Source: Octopus vulgaris
Taxonomy: Eukaryota
Length of the DNA: 64,000 nucleotides
Direction of reading: 5' to 3'
NCBI GenBank assembly: GCA_951406725.2
Contig: OX597821.1
Span: forward strand, 14,260,001-14,324,000
Part shown: positions 1-14,400 of the stretch, in pieces
Layout of the letters: the number at the start of each line of letters is the position of its first letter
Numbering within the stretch: the first letter of the stretch is position 1
Program-made: the position numbers and the translations under genes
The notes under the pieces: model-generated
What the model was told of the DNA's origin: nothing
The model's input: the letters and a program-made list of their open reading frames with translations, nothing else
The model's database searches: none

Positions 1-3000
1 AGTCTACTTCATCGTCTGGGGACGTCCACACAACATACTATTTCTAAATTTGTAAAGCTTGATAGCTAATGTGACATTAAGAATAGATAAATGAAAATAA
101 AATTTACTCCTTCACAACCAAAAATATTAATTTCAGTACGAGAGATAATATTCTTATACTACATTTTGCAACTGAAGCAGTCTTATTTTAGAAAGTATAG
201 GAGTAGTTGTGCATTGTTTCATTATCATCATGACTATCATATTCTTCATTGTTTTCATTGCCAAGTTATAATTTCTCATCATCACAAGCTCCACTTATAG
301 AATCCATGCCGCAATTACTATCATCATTTTAATTATCGCTCTTACCATCAAAGCAATAACCTTAATTAAGAAATCTCTAAACAGTGCACATAGTTGTGAA
401 AACAAAAAGTCAGGTTTTACAGAGTTTTCAATTGAATCAATTTTAAGTGAAGACATTTTATCAAAAGAAAATATAGAATTTGCAGTTTAAGCAATTTTGG
501 ACGTCAATGTAAAAAGTAGCCTGGATATATTTCATGCCTCACTAATTGTAATACTAAGAGACATCCAAATTTGATTCTCTTGTTGCTAAAAGGAAAATCA
601 ATATCTGTCTATAGGATTTTGAAGTAAATTGAAAAGAATTGTACAAGCTTATTACTTATGTTTTAGGAAAGATGTTCTGTATAAATTTAAGGCTTGCAAT
701 CTTGAAAAAATATCACACTTTACATGATTATTAATTTTTTCATATGCTTGGCATTTTATTTTAATTATGTTATATTATTGTCATTCCAATTGCATAGGAA
801 AGACTTTACCCAGAGCCTGTTGGAACCTTCTTGAATCAGAAACCATGTGAGATAATGTGAAATCAGTGCGGTTTTTATGCTGCCTAAAAAGTTAATGGCT
901 TCAGTATTGAGCAAATTCATGGTTAAAAGGGAATTTGAAAGTCAGTTTTCAGAATGAAAGATATGCAATGCCAGGTATAGGATTTCGGGAGTGTGGATGA
1001 CAAGAAACAAAGCTCCATCTTCATTATACTACTAATATTATCATAATCATTGTGAGTAACAAAGTTATTAGTATTAATATGATCAGTAGAAGAAAGAAAA
1101 CTGTAGTGGAAACATTTATCAGAAACAGAATTATATTTCCACATGAAATGTAATTTTGAAATAAAAATATATTGTTTATACATTTCTATTTCATTATTAT
1201 TTTTCAAGAGGAGATATTTTACAAAACCAATTATCTAATTATCAATGACAATAAGATTTTGAAAGATGTTAAAAAAAAAATTAGACAGCAAAGAAATGTT
1301 TTTCCTTCTTTTTTTTTTTAGAGTTCTATCATTAAATTGCAAAGATCAAAAGAATGACATGTATTATTGTCACATGCAGATTGATAAAATTTTCTTATAT
1401 TCAAATACATGTTTACTCCAATTAATGAGTTATTAAATTTGGAGTTACCAAAAAGAATAAAAATGAAACAGTAGAAAATGTTGAATAACCATGCATAATT
1501 TTGAAAGTGCCTACTAAAAATTCACAGACAAATTTCACTTTTTGCATGCAAACCTAAGCTACAAGTAACTTCTTTTTTTTAAGAGTTGTCTTGTAAAAAC
1601 ACAAACTTTTATGTGTTCTACAAATTTGAAATTTAGCTTCTTTCAGAGCCTTCTCTTTGAATATTCATCAAAATTTAAAACATTGCTTCTTTTGCAAGAA
1701 TTTATTAATAATCTATCACGAGGTATACTAAATGAATATTTCTGTCAGTGAAATTTTCATTGAATAATATTGTATGTTTAATGATGATAATGATTGGAAT
1801 GATACTAAGATAATGATGATTAATTGAACGAATTTTGTTAATGATAAAAATTAATGTTGTAATTAGTAGTTAAAGAAGCAAGATTTTGTCTTGATCAGTT
1901 TTTAAATTTTTGATAGATAATGGAAAAAAGAAATCTTTTAAAGAAACATGGTTTCAAACTCATAAACACACAAAAATATTTTGAATGAAGTATATAAATG
2001 AATATCAATACATCAAAAGAAACACAATTTTTTTTTTTCAACGAATCACAATGTAAAGAAAGACGAAAAATGAAAGAATAACTTTAGTATGACTGAACCT
2101 ATTTATTCATCAGAATGTCTTAAAAGCGTATTATAGCAGGGGTAATTAAAAGCAGGAATAATTTAAAATCTTTGTAAGAGATGAGGCGATTAGAGTGATG
2201 CTATTTCCGATGTAATTAAAATCATTTCAACTATTTAATTAGTATTTTATATTTACAATTGTAAAAGAACAACTCAGTTTACAATAAATCATTTGTCACA
2301 GTAAAATATTTAAAGGAACAATGCTTTTGCTAAATTTCAGAAATTTTACCATTTTATACTATCAAAGGTTGCTGAAGTAAATTCATATTTTTAGAGGAAG
2401 AATTTAAATTTACTTAGAATTAATGGACTCTCAATCATCAGCTTTTCATATAGAAGCATGAAGCATGATTTATTTACCAGAGAGGATACGAGTAATCCTG
2501 AAATTTATGTCTTTCTCAAAAGCACTAATGATACAAGTGAAAAGGTTCCAATAGGGAATTAAATTTGGCTCATGAATTTACATTTGTGATTCTGCCTTCC
2601 ACAAAATTTTGTTTTATTCTGCATGATAAGGAAAATATCATTTAGCCAAAAATTGTGTTTTATACATTATGTTGAAACTGGGATTTAAGTAAAATTTTAA
2701 ATGCTTGGACAGAGCCACTTCAGTCTGGGCTGACCATACATCTGTATATATGCAGAGACTTGGCAAGAGTTTTTTGTTGGGAAGACCAGCAGTTATTCTT
2801 ATGTGCAAGTCTCTCCTCTCCACAATAATGACCGCTATCTAAAGGAAAGGATGCCAACTTAGGCCAACACAGTGTGGCACCAGGCCTGCCTCAGAAATTA
2901 CTGTCAGAGCACATCTTGCCTGTCTGTCTAAATAGTTCCACCAATCCACGGCACTGGATCAGTACTTTTTTATTGACCCCCGTAAGAAGGAAAGACAAAG

Positions 3001-3252
3001 CTGATGTTAGAGTGGTTTGAAATTTGAACTGAATACTACAGAGCATTCTATCCAATGTTCCAACCACTCTGCCAACTTGTTGCTTTCAGTGTCTGGGTAT
3101 TTTATTGGGAATTCATGAAAAATCCCAACAACCCCTCATATTTGCATTATTAGAAGATATCTTAAGGTAATAGAAACTATTTCTAGTATGCTAGAATTAT
3201 TACAGGACATTAGAAGTTTAGTGATATGATGTATATTTTAATGTTTACATTA

Positions 3253-3292
<40 letters not shown>

Positions 3293-3713
3293 TTACAAAT
3301 CATCAAGAAAATTCCTCAATTAGTAATTACTGATTTAAAAGTAATTTAAATAGTGAATATAATCATTGAAGTAGCTAAGGTGAGGAATGATATCATTAAA
3401 CATAATCAAGTTTAATTGACAGCCACTGTATCTTTATTAATGTCCTATGAATATGATAATTAGATGAATGAAAGGACCAGTTCTATGAGGCTTTTAATGT
3501 ATACTACCTCAAAGAGAGATTATAATGACATTCTCATAAGAGTAATGGATTTTAATGATCATGTTGGAGGATGACTGAACAGATACAGTGATATTTATGG
3601 AGGGATTATGGCCTTGACACAAGAGAGAACAAAGCTCAAGGAATAGTATGATGTGAATGGTGATATCAAATGATATTTATAGCGATAATCACGTAAAAAT
3701 AAAAAAAAACAAA

Positions 3714-3728
3714 TTATTATTATTATTA

Positions 3729-3781
<53 letters not shown>

Positions 3782-3908
3782 ATATTGGGATTAATAAAAT
3801 TATGTACAAGTCTAGTACTGGTGTTAATTTAATTGACTATGTCCTTCTCACTAGATATGGGGTATGGTCAATTAAGTTGTGCCTATATTATCATTATTAT
3901 TATTATCA

Positions 3909-3972
<64 letters not shown>

Positions 3973-3989
3973 CATTATTATTATTATTA
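3714..3989. repeat. (TAT)n microsatellites
   Basis: Direct reading; source of the poly-Y and poly-I ORFs. Confidence 0.95.
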
Positions 3990-6900
3990 CCTGTAAACTT
4001 TTGAATTCCAAAAGTAATTTAACTTAAAACTTTTAGTCATTTGCAAAAGATAATTAAAAATTATTGTTCATCATTTTAAATCAAATTAAAAGCTACCTTC
4101 AGATTTGATGTTCATCGAATTATTGCTAAAAATATTAGCTGTAAAATTTATACATTTTTTGTCATTGGTTATTTTTAAGCATTATTTCTTAAATTTTTTT
4201 TTATCAATTGCTTCAATATTAGCATACATTAAATGCAATGTATTCAGTATTTTACAGCTAGATGGCCTTTCTAATTTATGACTCATCTTAGGTAGGAACA
4301 AGAAGAGAAATATGTAATTTCATTTAACATTGCTTTTTGTGTCACAGAGTTATAAAATTTTCTATCTATTTATTTTTTAAAGCTTTTATATACATAATTA
4401 TTCTAAGGTAATTTCATTTTATGCATGGCTAATTTAATTAATTTATTTTCTTTCTCGGGAAAAAAAGTTAGTAGAAGCAGGTGAAATATCTTAAAGAAGT
4501 AAGATGTTTCATCTATCTCCATGTCTCAGTCACATAACCAACATAAAATAACTGTGATATTGACCATATACAAATGTTTACCCCTGCAGTGAATACTTAA
4601 AAAGACATTTCTAATAACTGGATGCAGACAATATATAGATTAGATGTGACATCAAAAGTATAAGACCCCACCAAATGAAATACCCAATTTAGCAATCAAA
4701 TTTTCTAAACTTTTGTATTCTAAATGTAATACTAAAATTTTAGGCTAAAAAGAATTATTGTAAAATTTAAAAGGCTATAATTCTATTTCTGCTGCTCACT
4801 AGAAGATGATCACTAGAAGTAAAATAATATATTTTGTGTTGTATCATATTTTCTGATACGCTTTTAAATATTATTTTGAATATTCTAAAGTTGATTATAT
4901 TTTATTTAAAGACTTCCTTATATTTATTTGTTATACTAAATAACTGAACTAATTCTATAAAAATACCTTTGAAAATTAGATGTACAAATATTGGATATAA
5001 ATGGTGAAGAAAATACTCACAAGTTTAATAACTCTAAATTTTTCTGTGAAAAGATCATACCATTTGCATATTCTTGAAAATGCTTTTTTGAGAAATCTAA
5101 GAATATTATTTTTAAATCTAATTCAGTGACGTTCACTAGCAAGTCAGGTTTAAATTAATCTACATGTGAGACAGGTTTATAATTAATCTACATGCAAGTT
5201 AGGTTTATAATCAATCTATCAAAATATTAAGAGAAATCTGATAGATAACTAATGCTTATGGTTTATTATTATCAGTGCATAATATTACTATCTTTAATAA
5301 ATTTCTGAATTTCAGCTAAAATTTCATACTGTAAACTTGTAAATTCAGTGTTTCTTTAGGATATAAAATAAATGTGTTTTTACAATAATACTGATAATAA
5401 ATAGATCTTTTGTTTGGTTATTTACCCAAATATTTTGCATTTCAACAATATGCTGATGAAAAATGCTAATATCTCTATTTTGTTTAACAAAGTTTCAAAC
5501 AGCTCTTTATTGTACCACTCTAATTAAGGCTGTATGATAAATTAACGAGTCAGTTACACTGTCTACAAGCTGAAAAGCTTCTTAGCATAATCTTGCATAA
5601 TATTTTATTCCTATGAATGTAAATGAATTTCTTGAAGGAATATTTCCATCTTGCATGTTTCAATGTCTTGATTATCTCAAAGTAATTTATAAGAAACAGA
5701 ACTTGGCACTAATACTGTTTCAAAGTGTACAAGAATAATATTGGTAATTAGTAAATAAATGTCTCTGGGACTTCTCTGAAAATTTTCCAAATAGATTAAC
5801 TTAATAGCCTTAAAGGAAGTAATAATATACATAATGCAACAGCCTTTAACTTGGCAGTAAAATGTAATTCACTGAATGGAAAGGCAATATTAAAGCATGT
5901 GGAGAATATATACACTTCTACAAAATCTCTCAACTAAAGTCTAGTCTATTAATTGCTTAAAGGGTGATGCATAATGTATGTCTTAATTCCAGATGAAAGT
6001 TTAATAAGCACAAATGCGAGAGGAGCTGAAAGCTAGGGAAAGAAGATGGTATTTATTTGGTCACTACTGCCAACCCACCAAAAAGAGAATATCATGATTC
6101 AGTCAAAACACCCAATGATTGTTACACACTGTTTGAAACATTAGTTCCTCCTGCTCAGAACTACGTTCACCAAAGGTGCGTGATGGAGCAGCACCTTTTT
6201 GATGTAACCATTCTTGTACGTATATATATTAATACGTTTTCTATATTTTATGGCCAAAATTGATTATTGAGCAATTCTAGTATTGTTATGTTACTGCATT
6301 TCATACAATAATCACTACAGTATTTCTACATTAAAACATACTTTTATAATATCTGATTATATGAAAATATAACAAACAATAATCATATTTTAACTATATG
6401 ATTTTTACGAAGTATTAAATGTCTATTTCTTAGCATATAACAAATAATATCAAAAACTATATTTGTTAATTCATAACTGAACTTTGGTTTAACTTCAGTA
6501 ATTTTAAACATTTACTTTTGTTAATTAAGAACAGATATTTAATGAAATCGTTAATGTCACTTCTAAAATAAAATTAATTTTAGAATTGTTTTCTCAAATT
6601 TAATTCAACATCATATGCTGAAATTTTGTCGCTATTCAATTCAATTTTAAATTTTTATTTGAATTCATTTCTCACAGCCAATATTGTTTACATTTCATAT
6701 TTCTATCTCAGCAATATCTGGTGGCTGATGATCTCATACATCGTTTTTGCAAAAGTATTCCAAAACTTCTTGAGGTACCAATTAATAAGTTTTACCTCAT
6801 AACTGTATCTTCATACACTCTTGTTAGTTTGCCTCAAGAATGGGTAGTTAACCCATCATTACTGTTAATAATTAACAAAGGATACCATTCATAAAATAAA

Positions 6901-8766
6901 ACCTTTAAGAAGTTTGTATAATACATTTCTTGTTCTATAAAATATTATTCATGAAATTATTCATTGTAATGAATAATGTATTTCATCCATTGTTAGAATA
7001 TTTCCAGTGGAAAATTTACATGAGAAAAATGTGTGATAATGGAAAAAATATCTAAATATTTTCTATCTCATTTAGATATCTGTGTTCAGTTAGTTTCAAA
7101 TGCTTTCATTAAGGCTATGATCCCATCTAATTAAACCTAACATTTTGACACTATTCCTCATGTATAAATTTAAATATCTCTTTGCATTTTAATACAACCT
7201 ATAAAACTTAATTATTATATGAAAGTAATTTCAAGGAAATTGGAAGGTAGAGAGGAGTTACATGAAATTATAGAGAATAACAAGTAAAAGAAATAAGTTT
7301 TGAGGAAGGCTATTACAATACTATTACTAAGATATTCCAAAATTTTACTTTAACAGATAACACAACAATCCTTGCTTAGACTGAATGAATTATCCTGGCT
7401 TTGTCATTTGTTAAATATTAAAAATTATTTTAAAGATAATCTGAGAATTGAATAAAGTTCAGTAGCTTATTTAAATGCGAAATCCTATGATAATATTAAA
7501 TTCTACAAGCCCACTATATGGCACATTGCATACAAAATAAGTTATATTGTTACTATCTAATAGCAGATTGTGAAATTATTCAGCTAAAATATGTTGTTGG
7601 ACTTTTAAGGCTTTTAAATGAGACAAGCGATGTCAGAACTATTTTTTAAAAATGGTTTTAATAGACTTAGCAATCAATGTGTCTTGGAATTAAAGTTATC
7701 ACTCAACAGATGTTAATCATAATTTACACTCAGAAAGGTAATAGTGCATATGATTAAACTAATTTACTTATATTACTTATCCTTCATATTCACAATATTT
7801 TTATTAAAATTATCCAAAAATTTATAATTTTGTCTTTTGTTTGCAGGCATTACTTAATTTTTCCAGCCACGTCAATATTAGTGTGGGACTATTCTTATAC
7901 AAATAGCATCTTTTATAGGCTCAAATATATGGAAAATATGAAAGAGTTCAATTCAATAAGGATTAAAAGAGTTTTACCATGCTACTGGCTAGTTAAAGCA
8001 TTTTTATTATTAAGCAATTATTGTAGAGGTGAATATATATATTTTATAAATTTTAGTCAAATGCTCAATTATCGTTAAAATAATAAAGACATGGGATTAA
8101 ATCTATTGAGTGATTTATATATTAAACCAAATTGTGTTTATTATTTAACTTAAGTATTGTACTGTCACGAAAACTATCAGTAGATTTATAAATACTCGCT
8201 AATAATTAAATTTAAGCTTCTACTACTGAGAAAATTTAGGTAATTAGAATAGAATAGTTACTTTTAGTGCAGCAGATTTTAATTTGTTTAAGTGAAAATT
8301 GTAATGATATTTCTAACCTAAACTCAATGTATCTATTATCAAAATATTAAATTCCCTTTCAGGAAATATGATTCTTTGAAATACTTTGATATATATATCC
8401 AAATAATGTCACAAAAAATCTGGGTATGCAAACAGCACATAGATCTGAGGAAGCAAGTGAAGAAAAAAATATAATATCATTGAGCACTTTACCGCAAGTC
8501 CTGAGTAATGTGTTTCCGTTTGGTAATTGTGCAGCTGGTCAAACAGTAACTGACATTTGTCACAAGCCAGCCAGTTGAATAGCTGATCACATGTATGATG
8601 AGTGTTGGGCGGCCATTTGGTGAATCTCACTAACTTATAAACTATATATTTTTGCATAGTAATTTTATCTAGACGATTGCTTATTAATAAAGCCTTTCTT
8701 GTAGATTTGTTGAAGAGTGTTATTTAAGCTTTGTTTCTCCTGAAGGCTTTAAAAAAATATCAGAAT

Positions 8767-8819
<53 letters not shown>

Positions 8820-9117
8820 TTGCTGAAAGTCTGTAAAATTAAATGGAAGAGTGTTTTGGTTAAGAAATGCTAGCAAAATTTAATGGATGAGTAACTTTTC
8901 CTTTTTATGTACATTTGAAATTATTTTCCCTTTTTGCAGAATATTTAGATGATTGATGAATACTTCTAAGTGAGAATGTACTGTATGAAGATGTCTTATA
9001 TGATGATGATGGATTGTCAGATGGTAGTTAATATGAATAAATTTCCGATTTTGTAATGTGATAAGATATGCAGATGACAGCTGGTAAATTCCAAGGCAAG
9101 AAACTGGCATAAAGGAC

Positions 9118-9245
9118 TTAAGGAAAGCTATGCCGGAATCTACATATGCTTTCTGTCTCTTTTTGATTACAATTTATGACATTAACCGCCTTGTAGTCAT
9201 AATCAGAATGTAGATCATGCTTGAACTTCCCAGGTCGAGATTTTC
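9118..9245 (-). CDS. Candidate terminal coding exon of the same gene: (G)KSRPGKFKHDLHSDYDYKAVNVINCNQKETESICRFRHSFP*
   Basis: Strong acceptor gttatgtttttgtttacttgtccAG at 9247-9246. Phase 1, matching the 51666 donor, gives the longest open frame of the three, ending at TAA 9120-9118. TE-poor sequence follows. Confidence 0.45.
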
Positions 9246-11402
9246 CTGGACAAGTAAACAAAAACATAACTTAAAATGAACTGAAAAATATTTCAAGTCC
9301 AAAAAGTTAAAAAGGTGAAAAAAATAAAATATTATTGATGTGGGTGTAGGTAAGTACTTTTATACAATGATTATATAGCAATTAGCACTAACATCTAAAC
9401 AGAATATAGCATGCAATAATAATGTAAGTATGAATGTGCATATTTGTATGTGTATGTGAACTATAGAGTTATGTGCATGTGATATTGAGTATTTCAACCT
9501 TTGGCATCTGACGTATGAATCCATTTCCTTCAAGTGTATCTAGATTTTCAATTATTTTCAAAGCTTTGTTTCTAATATTTTTTTTACATTTCTCAAAAAG
9601 TAAAATATTAACAATTTTAAATTTATAAGATAACAAACTTTTGAATTCTAGAAAATATTTTATTTAAGTGACTGAAGGTATGAGGTAATGGAAATGCTTT
9701 CATATCAGTTTACCAATTTGTAACATGTTTCTCTGTCATGTTAATTACTACATAAAGGTTTATTAACTTTTAACATGCACTAACAATTATTATATAATGC
9801 TCTAAATAAACTGTTTATAATATTTAAAAATCATGTTATGATGAATGCTGCACTCCTATTTATAGTCATGCTATCAACAGAAACATCTTTCAGGACTCAG
9901 GCTTCTAATCAACATGGTTTCTATTCACCAATGATCTACTTTCATCTACAAAGAACCCCATTCGCTCCTTTATTACTGATTCCACACATATTTTTTCTAT
10001 TCACACTTCACAATCTTTTGTTTCATTAGAATTTTTTGTTTTGGCTTCCATTGAAATGACACACACAATTATTACTTCCAGCCAGATTTCAGAGTCTAAA
10101 ATAAATACTGAATGGGGTTCTACAAATTTTATTGCATTTAATTCTAAAATTTAAGTAAAAAAAAAATTCTGTGTTATCTTAACTTCTTCAGTTGGCATAC
10201 TCATATAAGAAATGTCTAATGCTAGAGATTGTACTGAATCTTTGATATTTTTTAACCTTCCTTGAAATGATTCCCCTTAAATTCCTCAACTAACAGTTTA
10301 TAATTACAGTATAAGTAAAGGCTACTACTCAGAGAAGTCAGCTCCAATAATTTGTCAAGTATTTAATTATTTCTATGATATATTTATCCTGCCATTATAA
10401 ACATGGTTTTAGTTCAAATAAAATTTTACCTACAGTCAGGAGAGAGCTAACTTTTTTATTTGTGGTGCAATTATACTTTATCAGCTGGAACTTCTAAAGT
10501 GTAGCTAGTAGCCATAGATATGCTATCATTTAGAACTATTTTTCTTTCTAAAGAGTTACATCGCTAATGAACTATTTATACAGTTATTCTAATGTATAAA
10601 ATTGTAAAAGTTTAAGAAGTAGACAATCAGATTTAATTTTTAAAAATTGTTCTTGAATCTCGTAGCTAGAAGAATATTCTTTTATAGAACAGAACAAGAA
10701 AGCTTAAACTTAGAAGCAAAATTATATAGAATTAAAGAGCTGTTGAAAATTCTGGCTTATCAGATTACTTTCTTGATTAACTAGGATCATGATTTGATAC
10801 TATGTGCTAGCTGATTATTTTACTAAAAAATAATGTATACACATGAAGCAATCTATTAAGAAATCGGTGTTAGTATGTGAAAGTATGTTTATTTAACAAA
10901 AATAGTTATTAAAATTATTTAAACCAATTCAATTTTTTTTATTTAGATTTCAAAGATATAGTTTTTATAAAATGTATGCAGAAAAGGATATTTTGTATCT
11001 ATGAGTTAAGGGCTTCCAGTAGATTAGCAAACGATATCAAGTATGATATGAAATTTGTTAAATATTTTATTTTTAAATAATAAAATAATCTTAATTTCTG
11101 AATAAAAAAAAATAACTTGTTCATAATAAAGAATATGTGAAAAATGTAGAAGTTTTTAAATGTTTTGATATACAGTGAAATAAAATTAGCATGAGCTTGG
11201 ATGTCAAAATATATTCTATTCTGTTATTCTTTTACTTGTTTCGATCATCTAGACTGCGGCCATGCTGGAACACCGCCTTAATGTATAGAAGGAATGATAT
11301 ATTCCTTGACAAATTCTTAAGCCTCCATTAAACTTTTAAATTTCATTTACAAAAACTTTAGATCAGTTCAAAACGCTTTAAGGTATTGTTTAATGAACTC
11401 TG

Positions 11403-11468
<66 letters not shown>

Positions 11469-14400
11469 GAAATATTTATTCTGTATCCATGGATATTTCT
11501 CTCTTACTATATGACAGCATTAGTATTTCATACCAGTGCCATACATAGACATATTTCCATTTAGATTAAGAAATCATTTATAATCTGGATGTGTTGAAAT
11601 TTGAATAAGTCATTAATGATCACTTTCTCTAAATCTTTTAAATCTTTTCCAATGTTTCTGAATTTTATGGGAGAGAGGGAGGAGGTCATCCTCTGGTCTG
11701 TGACCTAGTCTATATGCTTGAATAGAGTTGAGTAGAATCTGGCAACTGCACCCAAATGGAGTTAAAAAGGATGAGAGATTAAATTTACCAGCCAGAACCA
11801 GGAGTGCTCATGCCAACAGGCTTCTGCACCAAATTTCACTTTGGTCAACTTGAGTCTCTGCTAGAAGAGACTTGCCTGCATCAAAACTGTAACCATGTAG
11901 TTGAAATGCAAACTTCTTAACTACTCAATCAGAATAAGTCTCTTGACTAGTGTATTAAGTTTGCTGTTTATATTAGTAGCTCATTTAATGAGACAATGAA
12001 AGTGACTTATGGGATTGATGGACAAAACAGAAATAGCAACCAAATCTCCCTTAAATAACATACTACTGTCTTGAAAGACAAAATAAATATTGGATCAGGT
12101 AGTTCTAAATCATGAAAAAAGGATGGTATGATCACAGGTCATAGTGTCTGTACAATCAGAGTTTATAGTTTATTTCTACATAAATGGAATATATTTAAAA
12201 TCTTCACTTTAGATATAATGTTTATTTCTTCCTAATATGCAATGAAATTATTTGATGATATAGTCTGGGAAAACAAGACACATTCAATTTCTGCTTCTTT
12301 AAAATGTCAATAATATGTTAAAAAAAATTATCAGCATCTATCAGTGTTCATTATCACAAACTTTTCAACAGTCAAATGCATTTAAATAAGCTATTAGAAT
12401 AAAGCCAAACTATATTTCTTTTTAGAATAGGTACGTAGAAAAAAAAATGTGGCTAAAAGGATTGGCCTCAGGACAAACATCTGAATGTGAAATACTGCTG
12501 GGTAGGACAAAAAATATGAAGATTTATTATGATCAGAAATATTGACCAGGTGATCAGTCCAGTTTATTTTAGAGATTATGACAATGTAAGTTGGTGATAT
12601 TTTGGCTTATTTTCAAGCAATATATATATATATTAATTAAATGAATTAGTTCATAATAGTTTACTAGGCTATAATATGGAACAAAAATGTATTTGTATAT
12701 TTGATATATTTAAAAATATATTATTACACCTAATATATGCACCTTCCTTATAATTCCTTAATTTCAAATTAAAAATTTTAACCACAGAAAATGATTATCT
12801 TCTTAGGGGATGGCCTATGTAATATATTTCAGTTATATAAATGCATATTAGGGTGTTAGAAATAAGTAAAACAGATTTATTTCATTCTCTAAATTGAATT
12901 TATGTTTATCAATGAGAAGTTGTTGAAAATGTTATAAAAATCCATGTTTCTAAGTTTAATGAAAAATAGTTGAAGGACTGGCACAGCATTGATTTCTTGT
13001 TGTGTCCTTTTTCTACCCTGTAAATTATAGCACATGTACTGCTTTTGCTTCAGAATGTAACATTTAAAAAAATCAAATTTCTTCTATTTGATACAAAAAA
13101 ACCTTCAGTATGGTTGCCATTTATAAAACAAAAATTGAACATAAATTAACTTCTTTATTTTTATTATACAGCAAAGTCTTTTTTCTATGCAAATTACAAG
13201 AGAAATTGTCATTTCAAATATCAGCAAAATCTCAAATAGAATTTTGAACATGAAGTGGAGGTTAATCAGGTTATTTCAATTAAATTCCTTGCACATAAAA
13301 TATGATCAATATTGACTGTCGTAATTAATGTCTTCTCAAATCGTTGATTGACATTGAATACATTAGTAAGGCATATTTGTCCATGTCTCACTAATTCAGG
13401 GAAGTCCTTTAGGTTTTATTATTTTCTAACAAACACCTGCTACTTTAGTGATGTTTAAATTACAATCAGCCTCCTCATCCTTAGTTAATCATGAAACTTT
13501 GATTCATAATTTCTTCTTTTCCTACCGTGTATTAAGATTCTTTAATGGCTAATAGAGTGTGATTACTCTTTTGCAAGGAAACATTGCAATTGTAGCCATA
13601 TATCTCCTCTACAAGACACATTTTCTTATCCCTCTTTCCTACTGTAGTCTCTCTTTACCAGGTACAATGTCACCTTCCTCAGTACTGCACCCCACTCTGA
13701 GAAGGGGTCTTATCATGTGTGTTGTTTGCTGACCCCTGTAGTGCTGGTGTTACAAAGAAGAACCCAATACACTTTGTGAAGTAGTTGGCATTTAGTTAAA
13801 GAAACATTGCCAACACAGACCCAGGAAGCCAATACAGCCCTCGGGCTTGTTGAATTCTGTTGGATCATGAAAATTAAAGAAAGACGATGATGATGATGTT
13901 CATTTTTGGTATGCATGAACCAAAGTTCCTGTCCTGTTCCTTCTTATGAAAGCAGTGTTGTTTCTAGATTGCATCTCAAATTTTGCAATTTCCTGTGTTG
14001 AACCATATCTTTTTTATATCACATCAGGATATGAATGCTACTTTTCTGAATATTCATGCCACTTTTCAGGATATGAAAGCCACTACATCAATGCAAATGA
14101 GTTGAGCATCAATGCAAATGCTGTTGAGCATTAAGAAACAGAGTTGGGACAAAATGACTCAAATTTTTCTCTTTGGCAGAGAACAGATTTAAGCTTATTT
14201 TAATTGCTTGAAACATTCATTCTGTGGTTTCTTTTTGATTGCAGATAATAGGCAGATATTATTTTGCAATGAATGCAATCAATAATCTGGAGTAATGAAG
14301 ATTACTGGAGTCAACAGAGATTACTGTTATGAAATTTAGGAGTACAGTCCCAAAGTTTTGGCACAACAATCCAAAAGACAAGTACACTCATACATTTTTT

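Noticed and set aside
1-45. Possible minus-strand exon at the window edge
   Set aside because: Weak pyrimidine tract and too short to assess.
3802-4027. Poly-Y, poly-I, poly-N and YI/HT/CV-repeat ORFs throughout the window
   Set aside because: Translations of microsatellites.
8940-9253. Plus-strand exon after ttttgcag at 8939
   Set aside because: Stops in all three frames within a few codons; the minus-strand reading is better.
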